DNA from: Pyrodictium abyssi
Lineage (GTDB): Archaea > Thermoproteota > Thermoprotei_A > Sulfolobales > Pyrodictiaceae
Length of the DNA: 32,000 bases
Reading direction: 5' to 3'
Assembly: GCF_036323395.1 (NCBI RefSeq)
Contig: NZ_AP028907.1
Coordinates: 1,560,001-1,592,000, forward strand
Positions 1 to 8,919 of the stretch are shown here, in pieces; within the stretch, counting starts at the first letter, position 1; each line of letters begins with the position of its first letter. The position numbers and the translations under genes are program-made. The notes under the pieces were generated by a model. That model saw nothing but the letters and a program-made list of their open reading frames with translations, was not told the DNA's origin and did no database searches.

Positions 1-1398
1 GAGCGCAGTATGTATAATGACTGGGTAGTGCTCCTTATTGTTCTCGTCGACATACTTTATTCCAAACCGCTTAGCATTGCCTATATCGAACTGGAACGTG
101 GCTATCTCTCGTGGTCGTCCGGCTACATCGACTATGTGGTACTCAACGTTGACTACCCAGTAGTAGATCCCTGCAGGGTAGACAACCACTACTGCAGGTC
201 TACCGTCACGCCTTATCAGCTCTAGAAGGAGATCGCGCCGATTCTCCCAGAAGTCCTCTGTAACGTTGTATACTGCATAGTACCTCTGGTTCAGCTTCTC
301 GGCCTCCCTGTGGATTACCTCCTGGAGCTTTTCACTCACTTTCACGGCTTCCTCTACGTCGCGTGTGAGTATGTGCAGGTCTGGCATGTAGAACTTACGG
401 AGGCGGAAACAGAGAGTTACTTCGCCGCTCTGTTCTAGCCTATAGCTGTCAGCTATCTCGAACATGCCAAGCGGTAAATCCTTGTAGCTTAGTACGTAGT
501 CTCTCAGCATTGCAAACTGCTGATGACACGCAGCATAGCGTAGCACAAGGTGCTTTTTATCCGTCCATAGCTCGTATAGCCTATCGCCAAATAGCTCAGC
601 GTGCTCGTAGACCGGCTTAGCTGCAAGGTCGAACATGTTTGTTCCACGGATGCGTAGCACCGGTATACCCAGGCTTCTTGCTAGCTTCCATGCATACTCC
701 GATACCGCGTCAACCATTAGCGCAGCGTGTGGCTCATACCTCATGTGACCATAGTCGGACAGCGGCTCCCACTCGAAACCAAACTTAGCGCAAAGGGCAT
801 TAACCGGGTTTTCAACCTCACCTATCTCCTTGCCTAGCGCTTCCTTCTCAATTAGTATCCGGAACTCTTTGTCAGCCTTCGGTAGATACTCCTCCGGCTT
901 GTAGACTTCGCCCTCAGGAGTTAGGATGAAGTATTTCTTCTCCACCTGGAGTTTCGCCGAAGCTTTAGGAGTATAAGCTCTAGATAGCTCGGAGAGTGGA
1001 TGACCATAACAATGTATCCTGAATTCCTTGTACCATCCAAAGGGCGCTCTTATCACGTGGTACTTGTCTCCAGCCCGCTTCTTAATCTCCTCTTCAAGTA
1101 GCTTTAGTGCCTCTATGCCAGCCTTGGGGGGTGCTAGTCTCCGGGATAAGTGCGCATAGGGGTACACAACTATTGTCGACGCCTTAACCTTCTCCGCTAC
1201 TTCGATTATATCGTTTGCAGCCTTCTCCACTACTTCGCGTATGTTCTGGGTGTCAACGTCTTCTACCGTGGTGAAGACTACTAGCGCGTTTTCAGCAGAA
1301 GCTTCCGACGGTATACTATCCGGGGGCTCTGCGTCGGCTATAGCCTTGCTCTTAGCCTTGAAGGAGAACTCTCTAGCATGTATCAATAGTATACGCAT
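1..1398 (-). CDS. thrS: Threonyl-tRNA synthetase, N-terminal 466 codons (archaeal editing domain fused to class II catalytic core). The 3' end lies beyond the left window edge.
   Basis: Absent from the ORF track because there is no stop inside the window. The reverse frame is open from ATG (1398-1396) to base 1. Translation: MRILLIHAREFSFKAKSKAIADAEPP...TIVVYPYAHLSR (archaeal ThrRS editing-domain N-terminus)...GFEWEPLSDYGHMRYEPHAA...PLGMFEIADSYRLEQSGE (class II core)...HYPVIIHTAL. Confidence 0.9.
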   Translation of the reverse strand, partial: MRILLIHAREFSFKAKSKAIADAEPPDSIPSEASAENALVVFTTVEDVDTQNIREVVEKAANDIIEVAEKVKASTIVVYPYAHLSRRLAPPKAGIEALKLLEEEIKKRAGDKYHVIRAPFGWYKEFRIHCYGHPLSELSRAYTPKASAKLQVEKKYFILTPEGEVYKPEEYLPKADKEFRILIEKEALGKEIGEVENPVNALCAKFGFEWEPLSDYGHMRYEPHAALMVDAVSEYAWKLARSLGIPVLRIRGTNMFDLAAKPVYEHAELFGDRLYELWTDKKHLVLRYAACHQQFAMLRDYVLSYKDLPLGMFEIADSYRLEQSGEVTLCFRLRKFYMPDLHILTRDVEEAVKVSEKLQEVIHREAEKLNQRYYAVYNVTEDFWENRRDLLLELIRRDGRPAVVVVYPAGIYYWVVNVEYHIVDVAGRPREIATFQFDIGNAKRFGIKYVDENNKEHYPVIIHTAL

Positions 1399-1532
1399 AG
1401 TGGTGCACCATCGCTGCTAAATGATACTCTAGGTATGTCCAGGCTTAGGCTAGGCTCATGGCTGGATAAAAAGGTAATATAGACGCCTGCCCCCCATCAG
1501 CAATGGAATAGTTTCGGCCAGGTAAAGAGCCC

Positions 1533-1539
1533 TATATAA
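1533..1539 (+). promoter_or_regulatory. Candidate TATA box for radA
   Basis: TATATAA lies about 40 nt upstream of the radA ATG (1578), in the divergent thrS/radA spacer. The distance fits an archaeal TATA at about -27 plus a short leader. Confidence 0.45.
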
Positions 1540-1577
1540 GGGTGTTACTGGTAGCCCCCTCCCCGGGATAGAAGGGT

Positions 1578-2549
1578 ATGGCTAAAGGAGAAGTAAAGTC
1601 GATAACAGACCTCCCCGGCGTAGGCCCGGCGACAGCCAACAAGCTAATAGAGGCCGGATACGCGACTCTCGAGGCGATAGCAGTAGCTACGCCGCAGGAG
1701 CTAAGCGCAGCAGCAGGGATACCAATAACCACAGCGCAGCGCATAATAAAGGCGGCACGTGAAGCCCTAGACATACGCTTCAAGACCGCGCTTGAAGTAA
1801 AGAAGGAGCGTCTACAGACACACAAGATAACAACCGGCAGCCGTAACCTAGACGACCTCCTCGGCGGAGGTATTGAGACAAAAACGATAACAGAGTTCTT
1901 CGGAGAGTTTGGCAGCGGTAAGACACAGATATGTCACCAGGTAGCAGTAAACGTCCAGCTACCCATAGAGAAGGGCGGGCTGAGCACACCCGATAAAATG
2001 GCTAAGGCTGTATACATAGATACTGAGGGGACCTTCCGCTGGGAACGTATAGAGGCAATGTCCAAGAGGTGGGGGCTCGACCCAGACGAGGTAATGAGCA
2101 ATATACTTTACATAAGAGCCATAAATAGCGATCATCAGATGGCTATAGTGGACGAGCTATTCAACATAGTGCCAAAGGAGAACATAAAGCTAGTCATAGT
2201 GGATTCTGTCACCGGGCACTTCCGAGCAGAATACCCCGGGAGAGAGAACCTCGCAGCACGCCAGCAAAAGCTGAATAGGCATCTACACCAGCTCTCAAGA
2301 CTAGCCGAGATATACGACGTAGCAGTTATCATAACGAACCAGGTAATGGCAAAGCCAGACGTATTCTACGGCGACCCAACACAAGCGGTCGGCGGCCACG
2401 TCCTATACCATGCTCCAGGTGTACGTGTACAGCTGAGGAAGAGTCGTGGCAACAAGAGAATAGCAAGGATAGTTGACGCGCCACACCTGCCAGAAGGCGA
2501 AGCAGTATTCATGATAACAGACTATGGCATCGCGGACCCAGAAGACTAA
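1578..2549 (+). CDS. radA: DNA repair and recombination protein RadA
   Basis: N-terminal HhH region ([20 protein letters not shown]), Walker [10 protein letters not shown], Walker B KLVIVDS; 323 aa, typical archaeal RadA. Confidence 0.95.
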   Translation: MAKGEVKSITDLPGVGPATANKLIEAGYATLEAIAVATPQELSAAAGIPITTAQRIIKAAREALDIRFKTALEVKKERLQTHKITTGSRNLDDLLGGGIETKTITEFFGEFGSGKTQICHQVAVNVQLPIEKGGLSTPDKMAKAVYIDTEGTFRWERIEAMSKRWGLDPDEVMSNILYIRAINSDHQMAIVDELFNIVPKENIKLVIVDSVTGHFRAEYPGRENLAARQQKLNRHLHQLSRLAEIYDVAVIITNQVMAKPDVFYGDPTQAVGGHVLYHAPGVRVQLRKSRGNKRIARIVDAPHLPEGEAVFMITDYGIADPED

Positions 2550-2644
2550 CCACACAACCATAGAGCCATAGGAACCTTTTAGCCATATATCGCCGCAAAC
2601 ACTACACCAGGTCTAGACAGCCATACATCTAGCTCTCATACAGT

Positions 2645-3070
2645 CTACGCCACCTTGTAGCACCGGCGGCAAGACTCAATCATGCTAGAGGTAAGCACGA
2701 AACGTGACCTACTCCACTCAAGCTCAATTCTACACTCATCAATAACTATTACAGGAGCCCTAACCCTTAGCTTCAACCCGCTCATGTCGTCGCTAACCAT
2801 TCTGGCATCAGTTGTAACGCGTATCACAGAGCCTACACAGACGTAGTATTGCCTACGTAGGCCAGCTTCATCAAGAAACACGAGTACATGGTAGGACTTA
2901 CCACCGATATCTACGCGTGACATTTTGTTCTTGATTACGCGATCAAATAGGTTAATGCTGCGCGTCTTGTACGGTAGTTGAAGAACGTCGCCGCGGCTGA
3001 TAACCTCTACATTCATATCCTTCGCGAATGGCTCCAAAAGCTTAACTATATCCAGTCTCACTATGCCCAC
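2645..3070 (-). CDS. Hypothetical protein (141 aa), GTG start
   Basis: Clean ORF with host-like codon use filling the gap between radA and the peptidase gene. No motif recognised. Confidence 0.5.
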   Translation of the reverse strand: MGIVRLDIVKLLEPFAKDMNVEVISRGDVLQLPYKTRSINLFDRVIKNKMSRVDIGGKSYHVLVFLDEAGLRRQYYVCVGSVIRVTTDARMVSDDMSGLKLRVRAPVIVIDECRIELEWSRSRFVLTSSMIESCRRCYKVA

Positions 3071-3106
3071 CAGGCGTTATCACAGGTGTAGAGGGCTTTT
3101 CAAGCC

Positions 3107-3853
3107 TTGTATACAGAGATAGCAGCCATACTAGCGCTATTGGCATTCTCCCTCTATGATATAAAGACTAGAGAACTACCGGAGAAGCACGTCTACGCGG
3201 CTCTCGCCATAATGCTAATCCTCCGAGTAGCTGAGTACCGGCTATACGGATTGGACGTTCTCTTCCCTTTATGGGTATACATTGTCCTGGACGGCGTAAT
3301 CCTGGCAGCTACGGCAACTGTGGCAATACTGGGCTTCTTCGGCTGGGGCGACGTAGCGGTATTACTACTCATTACTATGGCTTCGCCTGTAGCCGAAGGT
3401 AACTGTATAATAATGCCACCGGCGCTAATGGTCCTCGTATACTATGTGCTGGCAAACGTAGCCATAATGGTGGCTAACCTGGTCGTAAACGTTACGCGCA
3501 ACATGCACGAACTCAGAAGGTTACCACTCAGGTACAGGCTAATATACGCGCTCATAGCACGTCCAGTTAATGTGCAGAGACTGCTAGATAAACCGGGCTG
3601 GTGGTACCCACTAAGCCTCTGCGGAAACTACACGGTAAAGTTCAACATATACCTAGACCCGGACGATATAGTGGAAGAGGTAAGAAAGGCTATACGAAAA
3701 GGATGCACATCACAAAGCGATACGGTATGGGTGACATACGGCATACCAGGAGTACCGCTATTCACCGCATCTTACATGCTGACGCTGCTAGTGGGCGACA
3801 AACCTCTGCTTAGCATGCTAGGAATCAGGTTAGACAGCATACTAGCCGGCTAG
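3107..3853 (+). CDS. Type IV prepilin/preflagellin peptidase-like membrane aspartyl protease (A24 family, PibD/FlaK-like)
   Basis: TTG start. Polytopic membrane protein with the two catalytic Asp contexts of A24 peptidases: LYDIKTRELP near the N-terminus and FFGWGDVAVLLL (GxGD-type). Confidence 0.7.
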   Translation: MYTEIAAILALLAFSLYDIKTRELPEKHVYAALAIMLILRVAEYRLYGLDVLFPLWVYIVLDGVILAATATVAILGFFGWGDVAVLLLITMASPVAEGNCIIMPPALMVLVYYVLANVAIMVANLVVNVTRNMHELRRLPLRYRLIYALIARPVNVQRLLDKPGWWYPLSLCGNYTVKFNIYLDPDDIVEEVRKAIRKGCTSQSDTVWVTYGIPGVPLFTASYMLTLLVGDKPLLSMLGIRLDSILAG

Positions 3854-3889
3854 AAAAAGATACAAGCATCGCGAAGCAGGGCAAAATCG

Positions 3890-4432
3890 ATGGGTGGACA
3901 CAGCACTATGGACAGTCACATTAACGTGCTCTACGCGCCATGGCGCTACAAGTACATAAAGTCAACCGTGGAGAGAGAGCCGTCAGAATGCATATTCTGC
4001 GCGGCGCCAAAAAAGAGCGACGATGAAGTCCTCATCCTGTACCGGGGCCGATATAACTACATAATAATGAACCTTTACCCCTATAACACAGGACACGTAA
4101 TGGTAATACCCTACCGGCATGTAGCCGACATAACAGAGCTAACTACAGAAGAGCTGACAGAAATGATGGATCTCGTGAAGCTGTCTGTAAAATTGATAAG
4201 ACAAGTTCTAAAGCCACACGGATTCAACATAGGCATGAATATAGGACGTATAGCAGGAGCAGGCGTAGACAAGCACATACACATACACGTCGTGCCACGC
4301 TGGAACGGCGATACCAACTTCATGCCAGTGATAGCCGGAGTAAAAGTGATATCACAAGACGTTAGAGAAACATACAAAGCCTTAAAAGAAGCACTAAAAA
4401 GCCAGAGCGGTTCCCAAGGAGCCATCGGCTAG
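3890..4432 (+). CDS. HIT (histidine triad) family nucleotide hydrolase/transferase
   Basis: Histidine triad HIHIHVVPR plus YNTGHVMVIPYRH. The start may instead be the ATG at 3908. Confidence 0.85.
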   Translation: MGGHSTMDSHINVLYAPWRYKYIKSTVEREPSECIFCAAPKKSDDEVLILYRGRYNYIIMNLYPYNTGHVMVIPYRHVADITELTTEELTEMMDLVKLSVKLIRQVLKPHGFNIGMNIGRIAGAGVDKHIHIHVVPRWNGDTNFMPVIAGVKVISQDVRETYKALKEALKSQSGSQGAIG

Positions 4433-4812
4433 CTTATGTACATCCTCAGCCTGTCTATAAAAGCTCTAATATCCGACAAGTGTGTCGCAACATCGTCTCT
4501 TATGCTACTAAGCCCGCGCAGCGTATGGAACTGTTCAACGCGCAGCCTATATGCCCTTACATACCTCGCGAGAAGCCTAGCCTTCTCAGCATAAGTATAT
4601 GCGTCACTTATGCCAATATGCCCAATGTTATCTAGATGCGATGCCAGATTGGATAGCGTATCCTCTATAGTTCCATTGAGCAGGTTGCTCTCAAAATAGA
4701 GCAACTGCCTAGCTATCTCGTCTAGGAGTGCTAGAGCGGAGTCGATCTCCCTACTAAGCTCCCTAACATCAATGCTTCTCTGCAATTCTAAAAACCATCT
4801 TCTTCCTCTCAT
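4429..4812 (-). CDS. Hypothetical all-helical protein (127 aa)
   Basis: ORF with host-like codon use. It overlaps the upstream wHTH-like gene by 44 nt in another frame. Confidence 0.5.
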   Translation of the reverse strand: MRGRRWFLELQRSIDVRELSREIDSALALLDEIARQLLYFESNLLNGTIEDTLSNLASHLDNIGHIGISDAYTYAEKARLLARYVRAYRLRVEQFHTLRGLSSIRDDVATHLSDIRAFIDRLRMYIS

Positions 4813-4996
4813 AGTCTGGCTCCCGTATAACTATACCACTTCTAATTAGTCCCGCTAATGCTTCTCGTACAGCCTTTTTCTGAGCATTAATACCCAAGTT
4901 TAACAGAGCCTTATGGATCTCCTCGAACGTTAACGCAGCTTTGCTCTGCGATAGCAGATCCACAAGGGCCTTCTCAATATCGTTCATGAGCGTCAC
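4769..4996 (-). CDS. Small winged-helix-like DNA-binding protein (72-75 aa)
   Basis: LTFEEIHKALLNLGINAQKKAVREALAGLIRSGIVI resembles a wHTH recognition helix plus wing. CTTTTAC/GTAAAAG TATA-like element at 5007-5014 lies about 25 nt upstream of ATG 4987, so the likely leaderless start is 4987. Confidence 0.55.
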   Translation of the reverse strand: MTLMNDIEKALVDLLSQSKAALTFEEIHKALLNLGINAQKKAVREALAGLIRSGIVIREPDYERKKMVFRIAEKH

Positions 4997-5110
4997 CCAT
5001 AACCGTACTTTTACCCTGATACATGTGGGAGTCTTGTCCAGTAAATGGGCTCTGCTAGGCCTAGATTATTAGACCTCCCTTGTACCCTACAGAGCCCGGG
5101 TCCAGAAGCT

Positions 5111-5299
5111 ATGGAGCAGATTGAACTAGAGCTAGTAGAGGAGTACGAGCTTCTAGGCGAAAAGCGCTACAGGTTCCGAATAAAGGGTACATCTATATAT
5201 CTGAACGTAGGTGGGAAAGACGTGGAAGATGCTAGACAAAAAGCGCTCAGCATGGTAAAGGATATGCAGCTAGACACAATACTATCCAAGCTAATGTGA
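5111..5299 (+). CDS. Small hypothetical protein (62 aa; the track ORF 5045..5299 is probably over-extended)
   Basis: ATTATTAG TATA-like element at about 5064-5072 lies 40 nt upstream of ATG 5111. Sequence MEQIELELVEEYELLGEKRYRFRIKG... Confidence 0.4.
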   Translation: MEQIELELVEEYELLGEKRYRFRIKGTSIYLNVGGKDVEDARQKALSMVKDMQLDTILSKLM

Positions 5300-5307
5300 C
5301 TAGGCAC

Positions 5308-5544
5308 CTATATCCTCTTAACTGTCTGTTTGGCCTTCCTCAGTTCTTCAAACTCCTTTATAGCCTCCCTTGCAGCCTTCTTGAACTGTCCCTCGTCTAT
5401 ACGCTCGATGAAAAGTTTGAAGAACTTTGAGAGACACGCTTTGCTATGAAATGCTAGCTCGATGCCCGCTCTCCTTAGGACTATTCCCTGGCCCTGTGGG
5501 AATACGCGCCCGCATACTACGCATGTATAGCGCTTCACCTTCAT
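5308..5544 (-). CDS. Small zinc-ribbon protein (TRASH / L24e-like fold)
   Basis: CVVCGRVFPQGQGIVLRRAGIELAFHSKAC matches the C-x2-C...F-x-S-x-x-C pattern of L24e/TRASH-type zinc ribbons. TTTAATATA TATA element on the minus strand at about 5578-5590. Confidence 0.6.
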   Translation of the reverse strand: MKVKRYTCVVCGRVFPQGQGIVLRRAGIELAFHSKACLSKFFKLFIERIDEGQFKKAAREAIKEFEELRKAKQTVKRI

Positions 5545-5721
5545 AGTGCTACTACCGTCATGGCTGTTTCTGCCACAATTATATTAAACCCTATTGCGCT
5601 TCCCGGCTGTCTGCTAGGGTTCACCCCCTGGGCACAAGTGGTGAATAAGTGTACATACCGGGTCAGAAATGCCGCTGTGAGTGATGTCCACAAAGAGTGT
5701 AGATGACGAGGTAAAAAGAGG

Positions 5722-8592
5722 TTGGTAGGCATGTCAGTTAAAACGGCAGAGGTCAGCAGTTCCCTAGAGCTACTTCACGAGAAGGTACGCGAGCTAGTAC
5801 GTCAAAGGGGCTGGGAAAAGCTCACAGAGATACAGGAAAAGGCCATAAAACCCATAATGGAAGGGCACAACGTGGTAATAGTAGCGCCTACAGGGTACGG
5901 CAAGACGGAGGCAGCGCTTCTGCCTGTCCTTTCAATGATGCTGAAAGAGGATATTGAGCCGGTAACAGTGCTATACATCACCCCGCTGAGGGCGCTCATA
6001 AACGACATATACGAGCGGATTAACTGGTGGGCTTCGCAGCTCGGCTTTATCGTCGCCAGAAAGCATGGGGACGTGCCGCACTCCGAGAGAGCCAGGCGAC
6101 TAAGAAAGGCTCCACACATACTAGTGACAACTCCAGAGAGCCTCGAAATAGACCTTGACTGGGCGTCTAAGTTCCGCAACTTCTACCGTAACCTGCGCTG
6201 GGTAATCGTGGACGAAGTACACGAAATAATATCGACGAAGAGAGGGGTACAGCTAGCGGTCCTCCTAGAGCGTTTCCGCAAACTTGCCGGAGACTTCCAG
6301 CTAATAATGATATCCGCTACTATTGGCGAGCCCAGCCTAACCGGTAAAACGTTTGTAGGTAGCTCCAAGCGCCCTCTCTCGATAATTACTGTCGAGAAGA
6401 GGAAGGAACTAGAAATAGTAGTCGACTACGTCGATGCTCCAAGTACCGAGTTCTGGAAGCGCGCTGCGCAGAAGCTACTAAACCATATGGAGCCGCTGAC
6501 ACTCGTCTTCGTTAACTCGAAGCATGTAGCTGAGAGGCTTCATAGCGAGATAGAGAAAATGGGTATAGACGGTGTAGTAGTACACCATGCCTCTGTCTTT
6601 GGTGAAGAGCGGCGCCGTATAGAGAAGATGGCCAAAGAAGGAAAGCTCAAGATGATAATAGCGACTAAGACGCTGGAGCTGGGTATAGACATAGGCTCGG
6701 TCAAGCGCGTCATACTGTTTAGGCCGGCAGGGAAAGTTGCATCCCTAGTCCAGAGGCTGGGTCGAAGCGGCCACAGTATAGGCGGCAAGATAAACGGTAT
6801 AATCATAGCTACAGACGAGCTAGAGCTGTTAGAGGCCATAGCGGAAGCACGTCTAGCAATAAAGGGCCGTGTAGAGGTTCCGGAGCTTCCCGTAAAGCCT
6901 TTGGATATGGCTGCCAGGGCTATCATAGGAATGGCTCTCTCGGGAATGTACACTGTAGACGACGCCTACGAGATACTACGCAACGTATACTACTTCCGTG
7001 GGCTTTCGCGCGAAGAATTCGACCAGCTCGTCAAATACCTAGTGGAGAACAAGATGATAAAGATAAACGAAGACGGCAAGATATCCAGTGGCGCGCAGTT
7101 CTACAGAATATGGAGGTTCGATGCAGGGGACAGCAGGTTTAGCTGGTGGGTACACAACTTCTCAGAATTCTTCACGACTATGGGCGAGAAGAAGACATAC
7201 GTAGTGAAGACAGCCGATGGGAAGACTATAGGCGAACTAGACTCTGACTACGTAATACGGATGCTCCGTATAGGCCACGTAATCAGGCTGGCGGGCAGAA
7301 ACTGGCAAGTGATAAACATAGACGAGCATGTTAACAAGGTAGTGGTCACTGAGTCGCAGGGAGAGACAACGGCAGTTCCATTCTGGAAGGGTCAGGGCCC
7401 AATAGCGTCAAGACTTGTTCTGTCAGAGCTCGAGCAGATAATACACGAAGTGCACCGTGGCTCGTTAGACTTGCCCGAGGGGTTGATACTCTCTGGGGAT
7501 GCTCGCAAGGCGCTAAGCAGGCTCATAGAGGAGATAAAGAAGTACAGATATCCAGCACCGAGCAGGGACAGTATAATAGTGGAGAGGATGCCAGACGAGC
7601 TAGTATTCGTCACGCTTGCGCCAGAGAAAGTCCTCAGGACGCTAGCGTACTTGGTGATGCTCGAAGCGTACCGTAATAGCTCAGACGTCTATACAAGGAT
7701 ATCTCACTACGGCTTTAGCCTCCCAGTAAACGCGCTAGACTTCGACCCTATAGAGTTCCTTACGAGCATGGACAGAGAGGAGTTCATGAAAAGGGTATGG
7801 GAGGCTGCTAGCAGGTCACCATTCTTCGTCGAAGTTGCTCACAATATACAGCTCGTATTCGGCATAACTAGGAAACTACGTAAGAGCGACACACTAGTCT
7901 ACGAGGAAGTTATCAGGCAGACGCTGCAGGAGTACTTCGATCCCGAGTCAGCCTGGGCGCTACTAGAGGGGCTTCGTAAGGGACGTGTAAAGCTAAAGAT
8001 AAACCATGGCCGTACGAGCATCTATGCAAGGATAGTGGCTAAAGAGATACCAGAAAGGCCCTGGATAAGCGACGTAGACGAGCTAATAGCCGAGACGCTC
8101 AAGGGTATGGCGTTTACTGCTGAAGAGCTGGTAGAGGCTCTAGGGCTACCACTAAACCTCATAGAGGCAAAGCTACGCGATATGCGTAAGCCCTCGTCAC
8201 AGTATAGGGTGTTCAGCTTCATAGACGTGGATACCGGCGAGCAGCGATGGGCCCTAGTAGAAGACGCGGCAGAAATAGTACGCTCTGAGGAGTTCTCTTC
8301 ATCGTTTGAGCCGCCGGTGAAGGACAGTCTCTACATGCTGCTAGTGAAGAACGAGACAGGAAGCCTAATACACGCCATAGTGAGGCTGGGCGACGTAATA
8401 GAGAAGCCAGACCAGGTGATAAAGCAGATACCGTTTAACGAGATCTACGAGTTAAAGGTGGTACCGCTAACTGGCTACTATGAAGGCCAGCCACCCAAGT
8501 ACCAGTACGTGCCGCGAGACATAGCGCCGTATCTAGTACTTAACGCAGCAACCCTAATACAGAAGATACAAATGAACAACCCAATATTCTAG
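5722..8592 (+). CDS. Lhr-like large superfamily 2 ATP-dependent helicase (DEVH box)
   Basis: Motif I APTGYGKTEA, motif II VIVDEVHE, motif III ISATIG, motif VI QRLGRSGH, and a long C-terminal extension as in Lhr-type helicases. The likely true start is ATG 5731 (the track uses TTG 5722). Confidence 0.9.
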   Translation: MVGMSVKTAEVSSSLELLHEKVRELVRQRGWEKLTEIQEKAIKPIMEGHNVVIVAPTGYGKTEAALLPVLSMMLKEDIEPVTVLYITPLRALINDIYERINWWASQLGFIVARKHGDVPHSERARRLRKAPHILVTTPESLEIDLDWASKFRNFYRNLRWVIVDEVHEIISTKRGVQLAVLLERFRKLAGDFQLIMISATIGEPSLTGKTFVGSSKRPLSIITVEKRKELEIVVDYVDAPSTEFWKRAAQKLLNHMEPLTLVFVNSKHVAERLHSEIEKMGIDGVVVHHASVFGEERRRIEKMAKEGKLKMIIATKTLELGIDIGSVKRVILFRPAGKVASLVQRLGRSGHSIGGKINGIIIATDELELLEAIAEARLAIKGRVEVPELPVKPLDMAARAIIGMALSGMYTVDDAYEILRNVYYFRGLSREEFDQLVKYLVENKMIKINEDGKISSGAQFYRIWRFDAGDSRFSWWVHNFSEFFTTMGEKKTYVVKTADGKTIGELDSDYVIRMLRIGHVIRLAGRNWQVINIDEHVNKVVVTESQGETTAVPFWKGQGPIASRLVLSELEQIIHEVHRGSLDLPEGLILSGDARKALSRLIEEIKKYRYPAPSRDSIIVERMPDELVFVTLAPEKVLRTLAYLVMLEAYRNSSDVYTRISHYGFSLPVNALDFDPIEFLTSMDREEFMKRVWEAASRSPFFVEVAHNIQLVFGITRKLRKSDTLVYEEVIRQTLQEYFDPESAWALLEGLRKGRVKLKINHGRTSIYARIVAKEIPERPWISDVDELIAETLKGMAFTAEELVEALGLPLNLIEAKLRDMRKPSSQYRVFSFIDVDTGEQRWALVEDAAEIVRSEEFSSSFEPPVKDSLYMLLVKNETGSLIHAIVRLGDVIEKPDQVIKQIPFNEIYELKVVPLTGYYEGQPPKYQYVPRDIAPYLVLNAATLIQKIQMNNPIF

Positions 8593-8604
8593 ACGATGTG
8601 GACC

Positions 8605-8609
8605 TTTTT
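8605..8609 (+). terminator. Oligo-T tract downstream of the helicase gene
   Basis: TTTTT lies 13 nt after the TAG stop (8590-8592). Archaeal terminators are typically oligo-T tracts. Confidence 0.4.
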
Positions 8610-8714
8610 ACTAAACAAGGCAAATACAATGTGCTCGTGCTGAATTAGTATTGCCTTACATCATCTATTACTATGGAGGGGTGTGTAGGCGGCACGCTGA
8701 CAGCGGCCCTGTAT

Positions 8715-8786
8715 GCTGCGATGAAGAGCGCCACGAGTTGCTGAGGAACAACGGCTCCGTGATGAGGGTCCGTGTTGCGGAGCAGC
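8715..8786 (+). ncRNA. Candidate C/D-box-like (K-turn) sRNA
   Basis: Terminal stem GCTGC(8715-19)/GCAGC(8782-86). C-like box ATGAAGA 8721-27, then a 13-nt guide, then D' CTGA 8741-44. A 14-nt spacer can form a mini-hairpin. C' GTGATGA 8759-65, then a 12-nt guide, then D-like CGGA 8778-81. The terminal boxes are non-canonical and no target was identified. Confidence 0.3.
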
Positions 8787-8919
8787 ACCATATAAAGGAG
8801 ATAGCCCTAGACACAGCAGGACATGGATGATGAAGAGCGTTCGGCCTACCGCTCTCCACGCCCTGGAAGGGGATGAAGATGTTATCCCCGACTGAAGAAC
8901 CCAGCTATGAACCAGGAGA

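Noticed and set aside
10-225. 71-aa plus-strand ORF at the left edge
   Set aside because: It lies antisense inside the continuous thrS reading frame, and the product has no protein-like features.
5541-5732. 63-aa minus-strand ORF in the spacer between the zinc-ribbon gene and the helicase gene
   Set aside because: It spans the divergent promoter region, including the TTTAATATA element. The product is hydrophobic and low-complexity, and it would overlap both neighbouring starts.
8869-8880. The 12-mer GGGGATGAAGAT occurs both at 8869-8880 and at 27327-27338
   Set aside because: In a 32-kb window, tens of exact 12-mer repeats are expected by chance (about N squared over 2, divided by 4 to the 12th). 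The flanks do not align, and the 27327 copy lacks correctly spaced D-type boxes.
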